Source of the DNA: Haliotis rubra | Taxonomy: Eukaryota | Direction of reading: 5' to 3' | Assembly: GCF_003918875.1 (NCBI RefSeq) | Contig: NW_025766958.1 | Location: 310,001-374,000, forward strand | Length of the DNA: 64,000 bases | Shown here: positions 14,901 to 27,117 of the stretch, one piece after another | How positions within the stretch are numbered: position 1 is the stretch's first letter | Layout of the letters: each line of letters starts with the position of its first letter | The notes under the pieces: generated by a model | What the model saw: the letters and a program-made list of their open reading frames with translations, nothing else | Told to the model about the DNA's origin: nothing | Database searches by the model: none | Program-made: the position numbers and the translations under genes

Positions 14901-17900
14901 TTTATGTCAGAAAGTAATAGATGAATAAAGTAAGAAAGAAAGGAAGAATGAATGAATGAATGAATGAATAAATGAGTTACTTGTTTTCCAGCAAGATTAA
15001 TACTTTAGTTTATAGTGGATCATTCAGTCTCAAACCCATCTGCCTTGGGCAGCTAAGGACAACGAGTCCCATGACTCAAAGTTTTGTTGTTTTGTTTTGC
15101 CTTGTTGATGAATTCATAAAAATCTGTCTCGATAAACATGCTTCTTGATATTTGCTTGTTTCGAGGCACAGTTTCCCTTGTCTAAATATTGATCCAATTT
15201 TGGACTTAATGGCTGGACAAATTCATAAGAACTTCCTTTTGTAAACAGCATGTACAAATACTTTATTGTGAGAGCAAATTTATGAATAGCGTGGGACAAT
15301 GTGTTATCTGTTTCTTATATGGTATTTGATTTCAAGGAATGATTCAGGAAAAAATTGTCAAATCCTCCTGAAGTGTTTTCAGTAGAAATGTCTGAGTGGA
15401 GTTATTTTTTCTTAAGTAACATAAAATCTAATATATATTTTTTTAAATATTCTGTTGGCCAGATTTTCTAACTTCGCATATCTTTGACAATATTTATTAT
15501 AGTGGTTTCATTTAAATCTGTTGGTTTCATATGCGAAAGATCCTTCAGCTGTTTATGATATTGACACATTATTTAACCTGTAGGATTCGTGAAACCTTTG
15601 TCAATTTACTCTGATGAAAACTGTCTGAGTTGTGTTTACTGATTCCCGCACCAATATTAGCTAATGTTTGTCTCAGTGATGTACGCCTGATGTTTCTCAG
15701 TTGGAATAGGCATCTGCTTGCAGCCTGTCAGACCTCCTTCAGCTGATTATGACCCCTGTCTGTAACAGTAACAACTTCAGTATCAACTCTCGGAAACGTT
15801 TCTCTGATGTATCTGCTGCAATTAGTTCCGTCACAATGTGTTTGCGGCTCCAATGGAACTGCCGATACATGATGGCCGTCAGTTTGGTTCCTGTACAGTA
15901 TGGTGGATTTCTAGTGCCAAGCCCTAGCTGCATGAATAATACTCTCCTCTCCCAAAAGTGGTGAAATCCCCACACTTTTTAGTCATAACCATACATATGG
16001 TCATAACACATATTAAACCAAATTATTCCTCGCTATGCAATGGGTAATAAGTCTATAGTCAGTTCATGTAGTAATCTGTCATCACCACATCCTTTTTCAG
16101 AGGTTTGCAAATGTCCAATTGTTGTGTCACTTCGGCCTATGTACGCTATTCTACCATCAGGCTTGATATATTTACTTTTCTGCATGTTCTACAAGTGTGA
16201 AACCCAACTGACTTCCATAACAAATATCGCAGAAGTCCAGGCTAGCAGAGTATTCCTGCATACAACATCACAAGATCAAAGTTTGTTGCGCTTACAAATA
16301 TCTGGAGCCATCTGTGGGACCTCCATGAGAATGGTTGTGATAAAAAAAAGTTGAGTCAATTTACAAGTCATGAAGACAATTGCATAAAAATATGACATAG
16401 CTATGACAGGTGCCCCTTTGGCAAGTTTTGTGTCACCTAAACATTTGTCTTGCAAACAAAGCATGCCAGACCTCTCTCTGGGAACAATTGTTCTTTGCAG
16501 AAACTTTGAAAAGTTATGTAAGGAAATATCATTGAAGTGATGTCAAAGAATTTCTCTGAATTACTAACCCATATGAATAATCTGAATGCGAAACAGTTTG
16601 AAGTTTGTCTTGGAAATAGATGGAATATATCTAAGTGCAAGGGATCTGTACCAGTGTTACATGAGATGTTTTTAACATAGGAGTGCATGAATCACTGCAG
16701 AAGGCAAGGAATGCCTGTTTTAGGTTTTTTAAATGATGGACCCTTTCTCATGCAATTTACTGATTGTTTTAAGGTAAAAGTTGTGTTCTAGTTAGTGCTA
16801 AATGATTGCACTGACAGGAGAGGTGGGTAATACATGAAAGGTGTAGACATTCTCTTAGGCAAGCTCTACTGTTCCAAAGAAAAACATACAAGGTCAGTGT
16901 TATGACATTTAGCATAAATGTTTTGGCTCACTGACCTTTAGGGCAGGCTTAAAACCTCAGCAGAACAGATAGTAATTCCCATGCTGACTGAATATCGAAA
17001 GAACAAAAAGTCTCCCTGTGTATGTTATGTATCCTATTTAAAAATAAATGTCCCTTTTTTAAGATATAATACAAAGTATATCCTGAAATGAATGAAGTTT
17101 TGATGTTTATATTTCTCTTATATCACACAGTTACACATGGAGAATGGCCTGTTTTCCAGAACATTTTAACTATTGATGAAAATCTTTCTGTATTTGAATG
17201 AATGAATGTCCATATCTGTTTTTTAGGTTTGTCAAATTTACTCGGTAAAACGATGGAGGAGTGTTTACTGAAAGAAAACCTCTCAAACAGGAATATCACT
17301 GTGTGTGTCGAGTGCACAGGTAGAGGGGCACTTGTTCAAATATTTTAGGAGTTGTCTAATTAGTTGGTTAATTACAGGTGAGTCAGTGGGTGTGTTCAGC
17401 ATACACCTGGATTTCAGATATTCGCCTTACATCATTTGTAGGGCTGCCTTAAGCTGATTACAGCAGAACCAAGTGGAGTCTGAATGGGAGTTGTAAGAGC
17501 CTGTGAAGGAGCTGTATTAGTTACTTGGCTAGACATAACATAACCTTACACAACGTGGCTGGGAATGAACTATTCAGATTCTGTGAAAGAAATGTGAACA
17601 AAATTGAATTTTTCATTATGTTCATAAAGGAAGTGGTTTTACTGTTTGAATATGGGTCAGGGAGTACTCTAAATAGTGTCTGAAAAAATTATGCTAAAAG
17701 CAGATGAATTGTTCAGAGATCCATTGTTCAACTTTTTCTTGATAATGTTTTGGTAAATAATTCATTTATGAAACATACAATAAATAAGTTCACATCTCTA
17801 ATCCAAATTATAGTTTATATTGACCTAATTATAGAAATCATGAAATAAAATAAATTACATGAGAACATAGAACAGTCTCTGTCAGAAAATAGCTTTATCT

Positions 17901-18654
17901 TCATATTTCCCTGTGAGTATTGATTTTTCATATTGGATTTTTATCCATGTGTTAAACCAGTGATACAGTATTTTGTATGAAATTAAGCTATATTGGATAA
18001 CTGGTTTTATACCATTCCTGTATGCAATACCAGAGTACTTGGGGTCTGCAGTAGTCTTCCCTCCTGTTGGGGCCAAGGTCATGTGACAAGTCATGTGCTG
18101 GGTCAAAGTTGAACTGGTCACTGAGACAGGTGATAACGAGGGTTACTTACTGGCTTACTTATGCTACTAACCAGATTACAGGTGCTATACATGCTGGAGC
18201 ATTTCACAGCAGGCAATGAGGGACCTGTTTGTCAATTACTGGAGTTTGTCAGTGAAGTAGGCAGGCTGCCATATTACAGTTAGGAATGACAACATTGATA
18301 AATGCTGCTGTGGACTTCGATTCTCTTCTCTGAAATTATGACTTTTTCATTTCATAAAATCATTTCGCTTAGTCTTGTTTATTTAACATAATTTAAAGGA
18401 AAATACAGATGTTTTTCAGATTTGATGAAAATTTGTGCTAATTGTTTTAAGAGTATTGTCAAATTCTAAATATAGTGTTAATTTTAGCCCATGAAGCTTA
18501 CTCTTTTCGGTTGAATTTTGGGTAGGATATTTCTTTTTCAATTTAATTGGTTATTGAGTTCAGTTTTATTGTATCTCCTGTATAAGGCTTGGTCTGTATC
18601 AGAAATGTGAAGGAGTTGGTCAGTGAAGCATAAATTCCTACTGGGAGTAGTCCA

Positions 18655-19151
18655 TTGCTACACAGGAAGTGATGCTCAGACCGTGACGTGAATTACACAG
18701 CTGGTGATTGTTGGACTATTTCTCCACCTGGACTTTATCAACCACATCATGTCAATGGGATACCAGCCTAATTCACTTAATATTTTTAATGTTGTCAAGG
18801 TTAAAGACAATGCTATTCAGTGATTGACAGTTTGGCAGAGTCCCTCAAGCCAATGAGAGTGTGCAGTGAGCTGTCCCATGACGTTATTCTGGTCACAACT
18901 TATGATACCATCAGGTGGAGTTGTGATTTCCTTCACTCCAGTTGGGTCGGATGTGCTTTGTTTGACTGTGAATATTTGATATGATACACAACATTATATC
19001 TCTACCGGTCTGTATATTGAAGACATCTCTGGATTTTGATTCTGTTGCAATTTGTGGATTTATCGGTGGTCATCGGATTATATGAAGGAAATGGTTTAAC
19101 TTATGAGGACATTGTAAACCAACACTGTTCTGCTGTCCTTGGGCTGTCATC
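18655..19151 (+). promoter_or_regulatory. Candidate promoter / 5' UTR of the 19152 exon
   Basis: caggaagt (ETS-like) and gtgacgt / atgacgt (CRE half-sites) upstream of the ATG, at the end of a 7-kb SINE-free stretch. Confidence 0.3.
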
Positions 19152-19244
19152 ATGTCGTACAGCAGTTCAGATGATGACGATGAAGTTTTTCATTTTGTAT
19201 GCAAATTCCGAGGACCAACCAAGAGCCGTCCAGTCCTCTTATCG
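19152..19244 (+). CDS. RTKN: Probable first (or alternative first) coding exon of rhotekin: MSYSSSDDDDEVFHFVCKFRGPTKSRPVLLS
   Basis: ATG with A at -3, 31 open codons, then G|GTAGGA donor in phase 0, matching the phase-0 acceptor at 22783. No homology evidence for this peptide. Confidence 0.5.
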
Positions 19245-19389
19245 GTAGGAATATATTTTCTCAAAACTTCAGTGTTAGTTAAATTTAAGTATTTATTCAA
19301 ATGAAGTGAAAATGTAAATTTATTCCTTGTGAAAGGTACCAACAAATGCTGTGTAAAGTAAGTTTGTCCTCAGTGATTTCAGTGAGTAT

Positions 19390-19720
19390 CAGTGTTCACG
19401 AATGGTGTTTCCAAGTAACAGGACATGGGTCCTGTAAGTTTCAGATGTCTGTCTGACCCATTGAAAATTCACAGGACCCACAGAATAAAATTATACACAC
19501 TTTTCAGATTTAATATTTGTTATAATTGGCATTGAAATTATCATCAAACATAAGATTTATAAACTGCAAACAAGTGTCACATGTCACATATAACAACTTC
19601 AGTCAAAGTCATTGTGAAATATACAGTCCAACACTGGGGCCGGTGGGTTGTAGACGTCTGTCAGACCCGTTGGGAATCCACCAGATATGTCAGAGGGTCA
19701 GACGCTATTCGTGAACACTG
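19390..19720. mobile_element. MITE, hAT-like
   Basis: 14-bp TIR cagtgttcacgaat / attcgtgaacactg; gagtat on both flanks. Confidence 0.8.
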
Positions 19721-20465
19721 GAGTATGTCCTCTGTACAGTTCAACATCAAAACTCCTTAAATGTATACAACCATCATGATTTTAATTTTCCGACTACATG
19801 TCATATCATCTACTTTCATTTTAGATATCATCTTTTCTTGTCATGAAACTGTTTCATATATCTATGTATATTGGAGCAGTCTTCATATAAGTTCTTTTTG
19901 ACCAATCCAGTTCATGAAAATTCTGTCGTTGCTTTTTTCATGAAATAAATATGTTTAAACCAAAACTCCTTGGTGTTTCAAAATGTAAATATAGTGTTAG
20001 AAACATTGTATAATAAGCAAATGAATTGTTGATATGCACACTGGATGGTGTTCAAAGTTTATTGTGCATTGAACAAAGTAAACAAACAGTAACCGGATCC
20101 TGTAAGTTTCCTGTTTGCCTGATCTGACACCATCTACTCACAATCTAATCAGCACTGAGATTATACCAGTACCCAGTACAACAATGACAGCTTAGACCAA
20201 CCCTTATTACAGGGAGGGGCACCTGCTAGGCAAAACACTGGTCATTAGTGGTGGTCATTCTTGCCTGTCCTGTCTACTGTCCAGGGATGAAAGGGTATTT
20301 ACACCTGATACCACTGATTAGTCTGGCTGGAGGCTGTTACACCTGGGTGTTGACACACACAACATCTCCTGAATATTGATATACACTGGGAGGACCATGA
20401 AACAACAGGCTGTTGTACTTGTTGGGCTTGTTCTAGTGGACTAGGAGGACACTGTGTAGTTACCC

Positions 20466-20663
20466 TAGTCTGTCTCACAGTCCCTGAACCACATTAATTT
20501 CCCTACTGCCAAGCCCTATCTGCAGTGCTAAAGCCCTAAATAAAGCAAGTCTAGATTTCCTCAGGTTCTGAATCTCTGGTCTCCCTAGGGCTCCTTTTCA
20601 ATATAAATGGGCTTGTTTGTTACTATCAAAATTATATATATTCAGAGACTAAGCCTTAGTCTC
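20466..20663 (+). mobile_element. Non-autonomous DNA element family C (TAGTCT...AGACTA ends; Academ-like by inference)
   Basis: 9-bp TSD tagttaccc; inverted near-identical copy at about 25410-25612; older partial copy at about 1305-1415. Confidence 0.75.
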
Positions 20664-20708
20664 TAGTTACCCCAGTCACCTCGCTTGAATATTGATGTAC
20701 ACTGTGAG

Positions 20709-21253
20709 CAGTGTGCAAAATAGCCACTGGCTCGCTAGCTCGTGGCTTGTAAAAATCCAGCCGGCCCAGTAAATCCCCACAATCACTGGCCCCACTGGCT
20801 AGTGAATTTTCATGGGGTCATTTTGTAAATATATCACTCTCTCCGTTTAGTTAAGTTATGATACACTTTTACAACACGCAGATTTGGCCTCATAAAAATG
20901 TTCATCATATTAGCAGCTTAATGATGAAACCCGGCTCATGCCAACAATATCTTATTCTCATTTATTTCTGTTCTTTTGCTTAGTTTCCACATTCAAATTT
21001 TTGGGCCAGTGAATTATATTGTGGGCTAGTAATTTTCAGGCATAGCTAAATTTGGAAACTATTTTGGGGGCATTGGGGTAGCCTAGTAGTTAAAGCATTC
21101 GCTTGTCGCGCCGAAAACCCGGGTTCGATTCCCCGCATGGGTACAAGGTGTGAAGCCCATTTCTGGTGTCCCCAGCCGTGATATTGTTGGAACATTGCTA
21201 AAAGCGGAGTAAAACCACACTCACTCACTCACTGGAAACTATTTTGCATACTG
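20709..21253. mobile_element. MITE, hAT-like, containing a SINE A
   Basis: TIR cagtgtgcaaaatag / ctattttgcatactg; imperfect 8-bp TSD actgtgag / actggtag. Confidence 0.8.
21067..21232 (+). mobile_element. SINE family A inserted in a MITE
   Basis: 14-bp TSD tggaaactattttg (21053-21066, 21233-21246). Confidence 0.92.
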
Positions 21254-21570
21254 ACTGGTAGGAACATGAATAGGCTGTTCTGCTTGTTGGGCTTGTTCTA
21301 ATTGGCCAGGGGGACCCTGTAGTAACCCCACGGCTATACGTCAGTGTGTAAATTTTCAATCACAGGCAATTTATGAATCCTCTAAATATTTGGTGATGAA
21401 ATTAAAATTTAAAGTATTTGGAATTTGTTATTGTGAAAAAATAAATGAGCTGATTTTCAGCCTGATTCAGTCTTTCTTCGGACTGATTTTCAGTCCATTT
21501 GTAAACTAGCTATAACATTTTGTAAATTGCCAAAATAAAAATTTGCATATTGACTCGTATATCTACGAGT

Positions 21571-21738
21571 GGATCGGGTGGTCAGGCTCGATGACTTGGT
21601 TGACACATGTCATCATATCCCAATTGCGTAGATCTATGGTCATGCTGTTGATCACTGGATTGTCTGGTCCAGACTCAATTATTGACATACAGCAGGAATA
21701 TTGCTGAGTTCTGCGTTAAACAACAACCAAACCCAAAC
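21571..21738 (+). mobile_element. Retroposon family B, 5'-truncated
   Basis: Body and tail. Other partial copies at about 27316-27463 (+), 59222-59305 (-), 60410-60465 (+). Confidence 0.85.
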
Positions 21739-22270
21739 CTATCAGTTAGCTGGTTTACAGAACATTTCTCTCATAATTTTGCCTTTGGGTACTGATATGA
21801 AACAAAATGGAATTTTTAATAATTGCTCGAATGTGGGTCAGAATGATGTAAAAACATATCTTGATTGAAATATGTTTACTACATGTTCTGATCCTCTCAT
21901 ACCATTTAATGAGAAAAGGTTAACATTAGTGTCAATGGCTGATGTCACATCATCATCTGTACAGCATCATGTCAAATCTGGAACTTGTGCGTCGTTATAG
22001 TGCCATGGCCCACATGGTTACAATGTGCAAAACCAGTTGTTCGTAACCTCGTAAGGTCGCAATAACTTTATGCATTCACATCACAATGCAATGCACAAAA
22101 ACTGAATAGTTGTAATGTATGGCAGCCTCATAAAGTTGCAGCACAACCTGCTGTAACAAATTGTAGTGAGAGTGGTCCACTGTTGAGTGTTATCACCTGG
22201 AACATGTTGAGTTGTGTACTGGTTTTACCTCCATGAACAATATCCACTCCTTATCCTGTATAAAGTTTGA

Positions 22271-22439
22271 GGGGGTGGTGGGGTAGCCTAGTGGTTAAAG
22301 CGTTGGCTCGTCACGCCGAAGGCCCGGGTTCGAATCCCAACATGGGTACAATGTGTGAAGCCCATTTCTGGTGTCCCCTGCCGTGATGTTGCTGGAATAT
22401 TGCTAAAAGCGGCGTAAAACCAAAAGTCAGTCAGTCAGT
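22271..22439 (+). mobile_element. SINE family A, (AGTC)n-tail variant, near-consensus
   Basis: tRNA-Asp-like head (cgtcacgccgaaggcccgggttcgaatccc); TSD gtataaagttt. Confidence 0.92.
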
Positions 22440-22782
22440 ATAAAGTTTTACTCTCTTAGAAATAACTGAACATATCAAATTATGTACTCTAATATTTTGG
22501 GAAAGTCACCCATTGCTATTGCATCACAGAACTTGATACTGGGTCAGAACAAGGGTTTAAATACTGGTTGGTCCCGAGCACTCTATTGGTTGTCTTTAGG
22601 AGGCAATTTATGTGGATCTGGTAGTTATTGGATTGTACCTCGACAGTATAAACGTTGATCATACTATCAACCACTATGTTGTTTGGCCAAGATGTGACTG
22701 TAATTTAGGTCCTTCTTGATAGAAAAAGAACTTTCTATAGCTCATAACACTCAAGCATACTAAGTGTCCATTTGTGTTGCAG

Positions 22783-22976
22783 GATCACGATCTGAAGCAG
22801 AAGATAGACCATGAGATGAAGATGCGTGAGGGGACAGCCAAGTTGCTGGCTGCATCCAAACACCCTGCCCAGATGCTGGAGGCGGCCAAGAACCTCCTCA
22901 CTTCCAACACGAGGATATACGCGTACATGCATGAGCTGCAGAAACGCAAAACAGACGAGGTGCTCGGCAAAAATCA
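22783..22976 (+). CDS. RTKN: Rhotekin exon, HR1/REM Rho-binding domain (DHDLKQKIDHEMKMREGTAKLLAAS...MHELQKRK)
   Basis: ttgcag acceptor, CA|gtgagt donor (phase 2). Peptide resembles the rhotekin HR1 region (LQRKLDHEIRMREGACKLLAA type). Confidence 0.93.
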
Positions 22977-23242
22977 GTGAGTGTGAAAAAAACATTTCTT
23001 CAAATGCCCTGATCATATGTTCAAATTGTCTGGGAGATTGTCTGAAGTTGACTGGTATAATACTGTCTTTAATTACAAGTCAATATTTACTCCTTTTGTT
23101 CTAATGGTAATGGTAGTTTTGAGTTATCAGGATCAGAATTTTATGTTGTATTTTACCATTGTAACTCCATATGTACAACATTAATGCTCTTGACTAATCC
23201 TCTGTTGAAATGATTGATTAACGACGTAATTAATTTCTTCAG

Positions 23243-23292
23243 ATCGGTGGAAGGCAACCAGCTGCCATGCACAGCTAAAGTTAGTGTCTCAG
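23243..23292 (+). CDS. RTKN: Rhotekin exon (QSVEGNQLPCTAKVSVS)
   Basis: ttcttcag acceptor, G|gtaagt donor; phase 2 to 1 consistent with neighbours. Confidence 0.9.
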
Positions 23293-23519
23293 GTAAGTCC
23301 AGAACTTCTATGAAACCTTTGCCTTACCTGACCACTGTAGGGAGCCAAACTCCCCCCATCTGTCAATGGTTTGGCTTCTCCAGGCTTAATTTCTGAACCA
23401 CACAGCTATTCCAGACACCCACCCATCCAGTCACAATCTGCTGTGCAGAGTTATATCCCTTAGCATTGTCACAATCCGATGGCAGTGGATTACCCAATTA
23501 CGATTCTTGGTTTGTGAGC

Positions 23520-23680
23520 GGGGTGGTGGGGTAGCCTAGTGGTTAAAGCGTTGGCTCGTCACTTCGAAGACCCGGTTTGATTCCCCACATGGGTACAATG
23601 TATGAAGCCCATTTCTGGTGTCCCCCACCGTGATATTGCTGGAATATTGCTAAAAGCTGCGTAAAACCCAACTGACTCAC
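23520..23680 (+). mobile_element. SINE family A
   Basis: TSD tggtttgtgagc. Confidence 0.92.
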
Positions 23681-24521
23681 TGGTTTGTGAGCAGTATACC
23701 AGTGCTGTAAGCGTCTAAGACTTGCTTTATTTTGGTATCTTCTCTCAACTTAAATGTCAAGATAAACTGAAGTACTTACTCTTTCTGACAGCCCATGAGC
23801 AATCTACCTTCCACCAGTCCTTTCCCTTTCTGTAACGCATAGTCCATAAACGAAGGAAGTCAGGAGTATTTCTCGGGTCTGAACATCCCATCTCACAAGG
23901 ACTCATTTTCAACGGTTCATAGAGACGGTTCATAAGTCTGCTTTGAATGCTGTTTAAACCCCATAGAAACACAAGTCTGACTCACTCTTTGCCAGAAAGA
24001 TTTTGATCATAATGTGAAATTGGTTGATTCAAATTAGATTTTTTTTCGTTACTCCTTGTTAAAAACCTGTACCTATTTTGCCAACTTATATAAGATCTCA
24101 GATGCATTAGCAACACCAGCTCTGATGATTAAGCTCGTCTTAGAGATAAAACAAAACCTGTCCTATAATTCAAAATGTCTGCCTTGCTTTTCTCCAGTCA
24201 CTGATAAAGTTCCTGGAAGGCTTGTGAGATAAGCTGCTTTAATGATACAGTTTTCACGACTGTTTGGCTCCTCACCCGACTGTTTAGCTTTTCACCCATA
24301 AGTTTACCGCTGAAGAAATCCCCTTGATGTTATGTCCAGACATTGCGGCTTGATGAGAGAGGACATTATAATGATCACTGTTTACCTGCACCAAATGTCA
24401 TCAGTCTCATGACCAATATGAGTATGGTACAAATATATCTTTGTGTTTGTTCTCTGGCTTTAATCATCTCAGAAAATCTACTCTCATCAGCGATTATTTT
24501 AAAGCCTGGTTACTTATTTGT

Positions 24522-24764
24522 GAGTGAGTTTAGTTTTACGCTGCACTCAGCAATACTCCATCTATATGGCAGCGGTCTGTAAATAATCGAGTCTGGACCA
24601 GACAATCCAGTGATCATCAGCAGGAGCATCGATCTGCGTAATTGGGATATGTGATGACGTGTCAACCAAGCCAGTGAGCCTGACTACCCGATCCCGTTAG
24701 TCGCCTCTTACGACAAGCATGGGTTACTGAAGATCTAATATTCTAAGCCGGACCTTCACGGGTC
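24522..24764 (-). mobile_element. Retroposon family B, full length
   Basis: 14-bp TSD ggttacttatttgt; head GACCCGTGAAGGTCC...GTCGTAAGAGGCGACTAACGGG; 3' end related to the SINE A tail; (ACTC)n. Confidence 0.9.
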
Positions 24765-25409
24765 GGTTACTTATTTGTCCCTGTGCTGGGTATATTTAAG
24801 AAACTTTCAAGTAATGCTAAGTTTCTTCGGGTATTGTTTTTCTCAAATACTCTTTTTGGTGTTAATGTATTGAAGTGATGTTGTGGTACTCACAATGCTA
24901 TACAAAACATAAAATTAGTTTCACAGGGTTAAGGATAAAAGAATATGTGTTTACATGACACAGAAATATGCGTTTGGTATGCACAAATGTATAGAATAGG
25001 TGCAGAATGTTGGATATTACATCCTGGTTATGAATGTATAATATTAATGGTTCCTATTTAAAGTTATGGTTCACAGTCCATTTCACTATTTCATTACCTT
25101 ACAGGGCCCTTATTTCTTTTAAGGTCCCTTAAAATTATATATTGGGGCTTCCCTGGGCCCTTATTTTGTAGGACTAAGTAAAACCCTGTTAAAGTTACCA
25201 ACCCTGTTAAAGACAGTCTGCACAGTTAACTAATGGATAGTGTCTGCCAAGAGGGCAGAAGGTTGGCGGCTCTATCGCCTATTCACATCATACATTACGA
25301 CATTAAAAGATCATTAGTACCTGTTCTTGCCCAGCCTGACACTCTGCATTAAGGAAACAAGGACTGGTCTGTTCAGTCAGTATATTGTGTCAAGGTAGGA
25401 CCACCATGT

Positions 25410-25612
25410 AGACTAACGCTTAGTCTCTGAATATATATACTTTTGATAGTAGCAAACAAGCCCATTTAAATTGAAAAGGAGCCCCAGGGAGACCAGAGAT
25501 TCAGAACCTGAACCTGACGAAATCTAGACTTGCTTTATTTAGGGCTTCAGCACTGCAGATAGGGCTTTGCAGTAGGGAAAATAATGTGGTTCAGGGACTG
25601 TGAGACAGACTA
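25410..25612 (-). mobile_element. Family C element inserted in an old SINE (about 25255-25740)
   Basis: Reverse complement of 20466-20663; ccaccatgt on both flanks. Confidence 0.78.
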
Positions 25613-26060
25613 GGCCACCATGTTAAAGTGTGGCATGGTAGCAAGTGGGCTCACACTATAAAACAGCAGAACTCGAAATTACATGTATTCGTAGCAGACA
25701 CACACACAGGCATGACCATGTAAAATATTCTGTGTAATCTTGAATGCAGGGTCAAATCCCATTTTACCTCATCTGACATTGCTGAAATACAGTGGGTGGT
25801 GGTCTAGTGGGTTTAATGTTACTTCAACATGCTGTAAGACTCAGATTTGAATTATGATTCCCCTCAAGGGATACAAAGAAGACGTTTTTGTTGTTGTTTC
25901 CAATGGAGCTGGAATTGTGCTTAACAGCACTGTAAAACCTTACTGATAACATCGGAAAAACTACCTCTTTGTGGAATGATGTGCTGAACCAACATACCGT
26001 ATTCGCCTTCATAAACCATGTTTGCTTAGGATATTGAAGGAAGGGACATCTATCTACATC

Positions 26061-26795
26061 GGTGATCGGGAAAAAAAAGTAACAGGAAAAAAAGAAACGG
26101 AAAAAAAGTTAACAGGAAAACAATAAACACTTTTTTAGTTCTTTGTATTTTATTTATGAACAAAGTAGTTTAGTTCTAACTAAATTGTTCTTATTGAGTC
26201 TAATGTGTCTGTAGGTGCCAGTCACAAGTTCTTTTCAGTTTCTTCAGGGACAATGTTCCAGATGATCCATACCCTTCGCGTCATCAACTGGGAGAAAGTT
26301 TTATTTCAATGAACAAAGTCAGTAACAGCAAGTTTATTTCTAACTAAGTGTTGTTCTTATTGAGTCTAATGTGTCTGTAGGTGCCAGTCACATAGTTCTC
26401 GTCAAAGTAGGTGAGTAGTTCCTCGGCATCTTCAGGGACAATGTCCTCCAGATGATCCATACCCTCCCTCGCGTCATCAACTGGGAGAAAGTTTACCTAA
26501 CAAAGTTGTTTATACGATCAAGTGAGCTGACTAGGTGAGAAGTTGCTCAGTAACAGCAAGTAACAGCAACAACTTAAATAAGAAGATGATCAAAGCTCAT
26601 CCCAATCCTAATTAAGTGTTTGTATATGTTTATACAATTTTATAGACTGAAATTGTTGGTTGTGCTCTTTTCGTAGCAGAACTCTAAAACCATTCACTAT
26701 TTCATAGATAGATCTGGTGGTGTACTGGTGCGTTTTGGTTGTTTTGGAATTCTGAATAAAATATTTTTTTTCCTGTTACTTTTTGTCCTACATTC
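26061..26795 (-). mobile_element. Mutator/MULE-type internally deleted DNA transposon
   Basis: Subterminal inverted aaaaaagtaacagg / cctgttactttt; 9-bp TSD atctacatc / atatacatc; minus-strand transposase remnant FLPVDDAREGMDHLEDIVPEDAEELLTYFDENYVTGTYRH at 26371-26490. Confidence 0.78.
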
Positions 26796-27117
26796 ATATA
26801 CATCATACACAAGAAGTTAAATATGTTTTCTGTGCTCAAGCGATTATTCTAACTTCAATGAAACAATAACTTCTTCAGTTGTAGTAACTGTAGTTATTAT
26901 ACCCCTTCAGCATGGATGTTATCTCAATAATTCTGTATTGTGAATGATATATATTCTATAATATATAGAGGGAAATGTGAACCAACATGGACATTTTCCA
27001 TCTCAGTACTGGATGCTGATAGAGATTCCTTACAGTTTGGTTTGATCGTTTACAAGATGGTGAGGGATTGCTAAATGGTAATGCTAATCCTTAAGGATTG
27101 TTCTTCATAATCCTATG

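Noticed and set aside
22271-22350. tRNA-Asp gene
   Set aside because: The tRNA-like head lacks a closed acceptor stem, continues into a SINE body and tail, has TSDs and occurs in many decayed copies.
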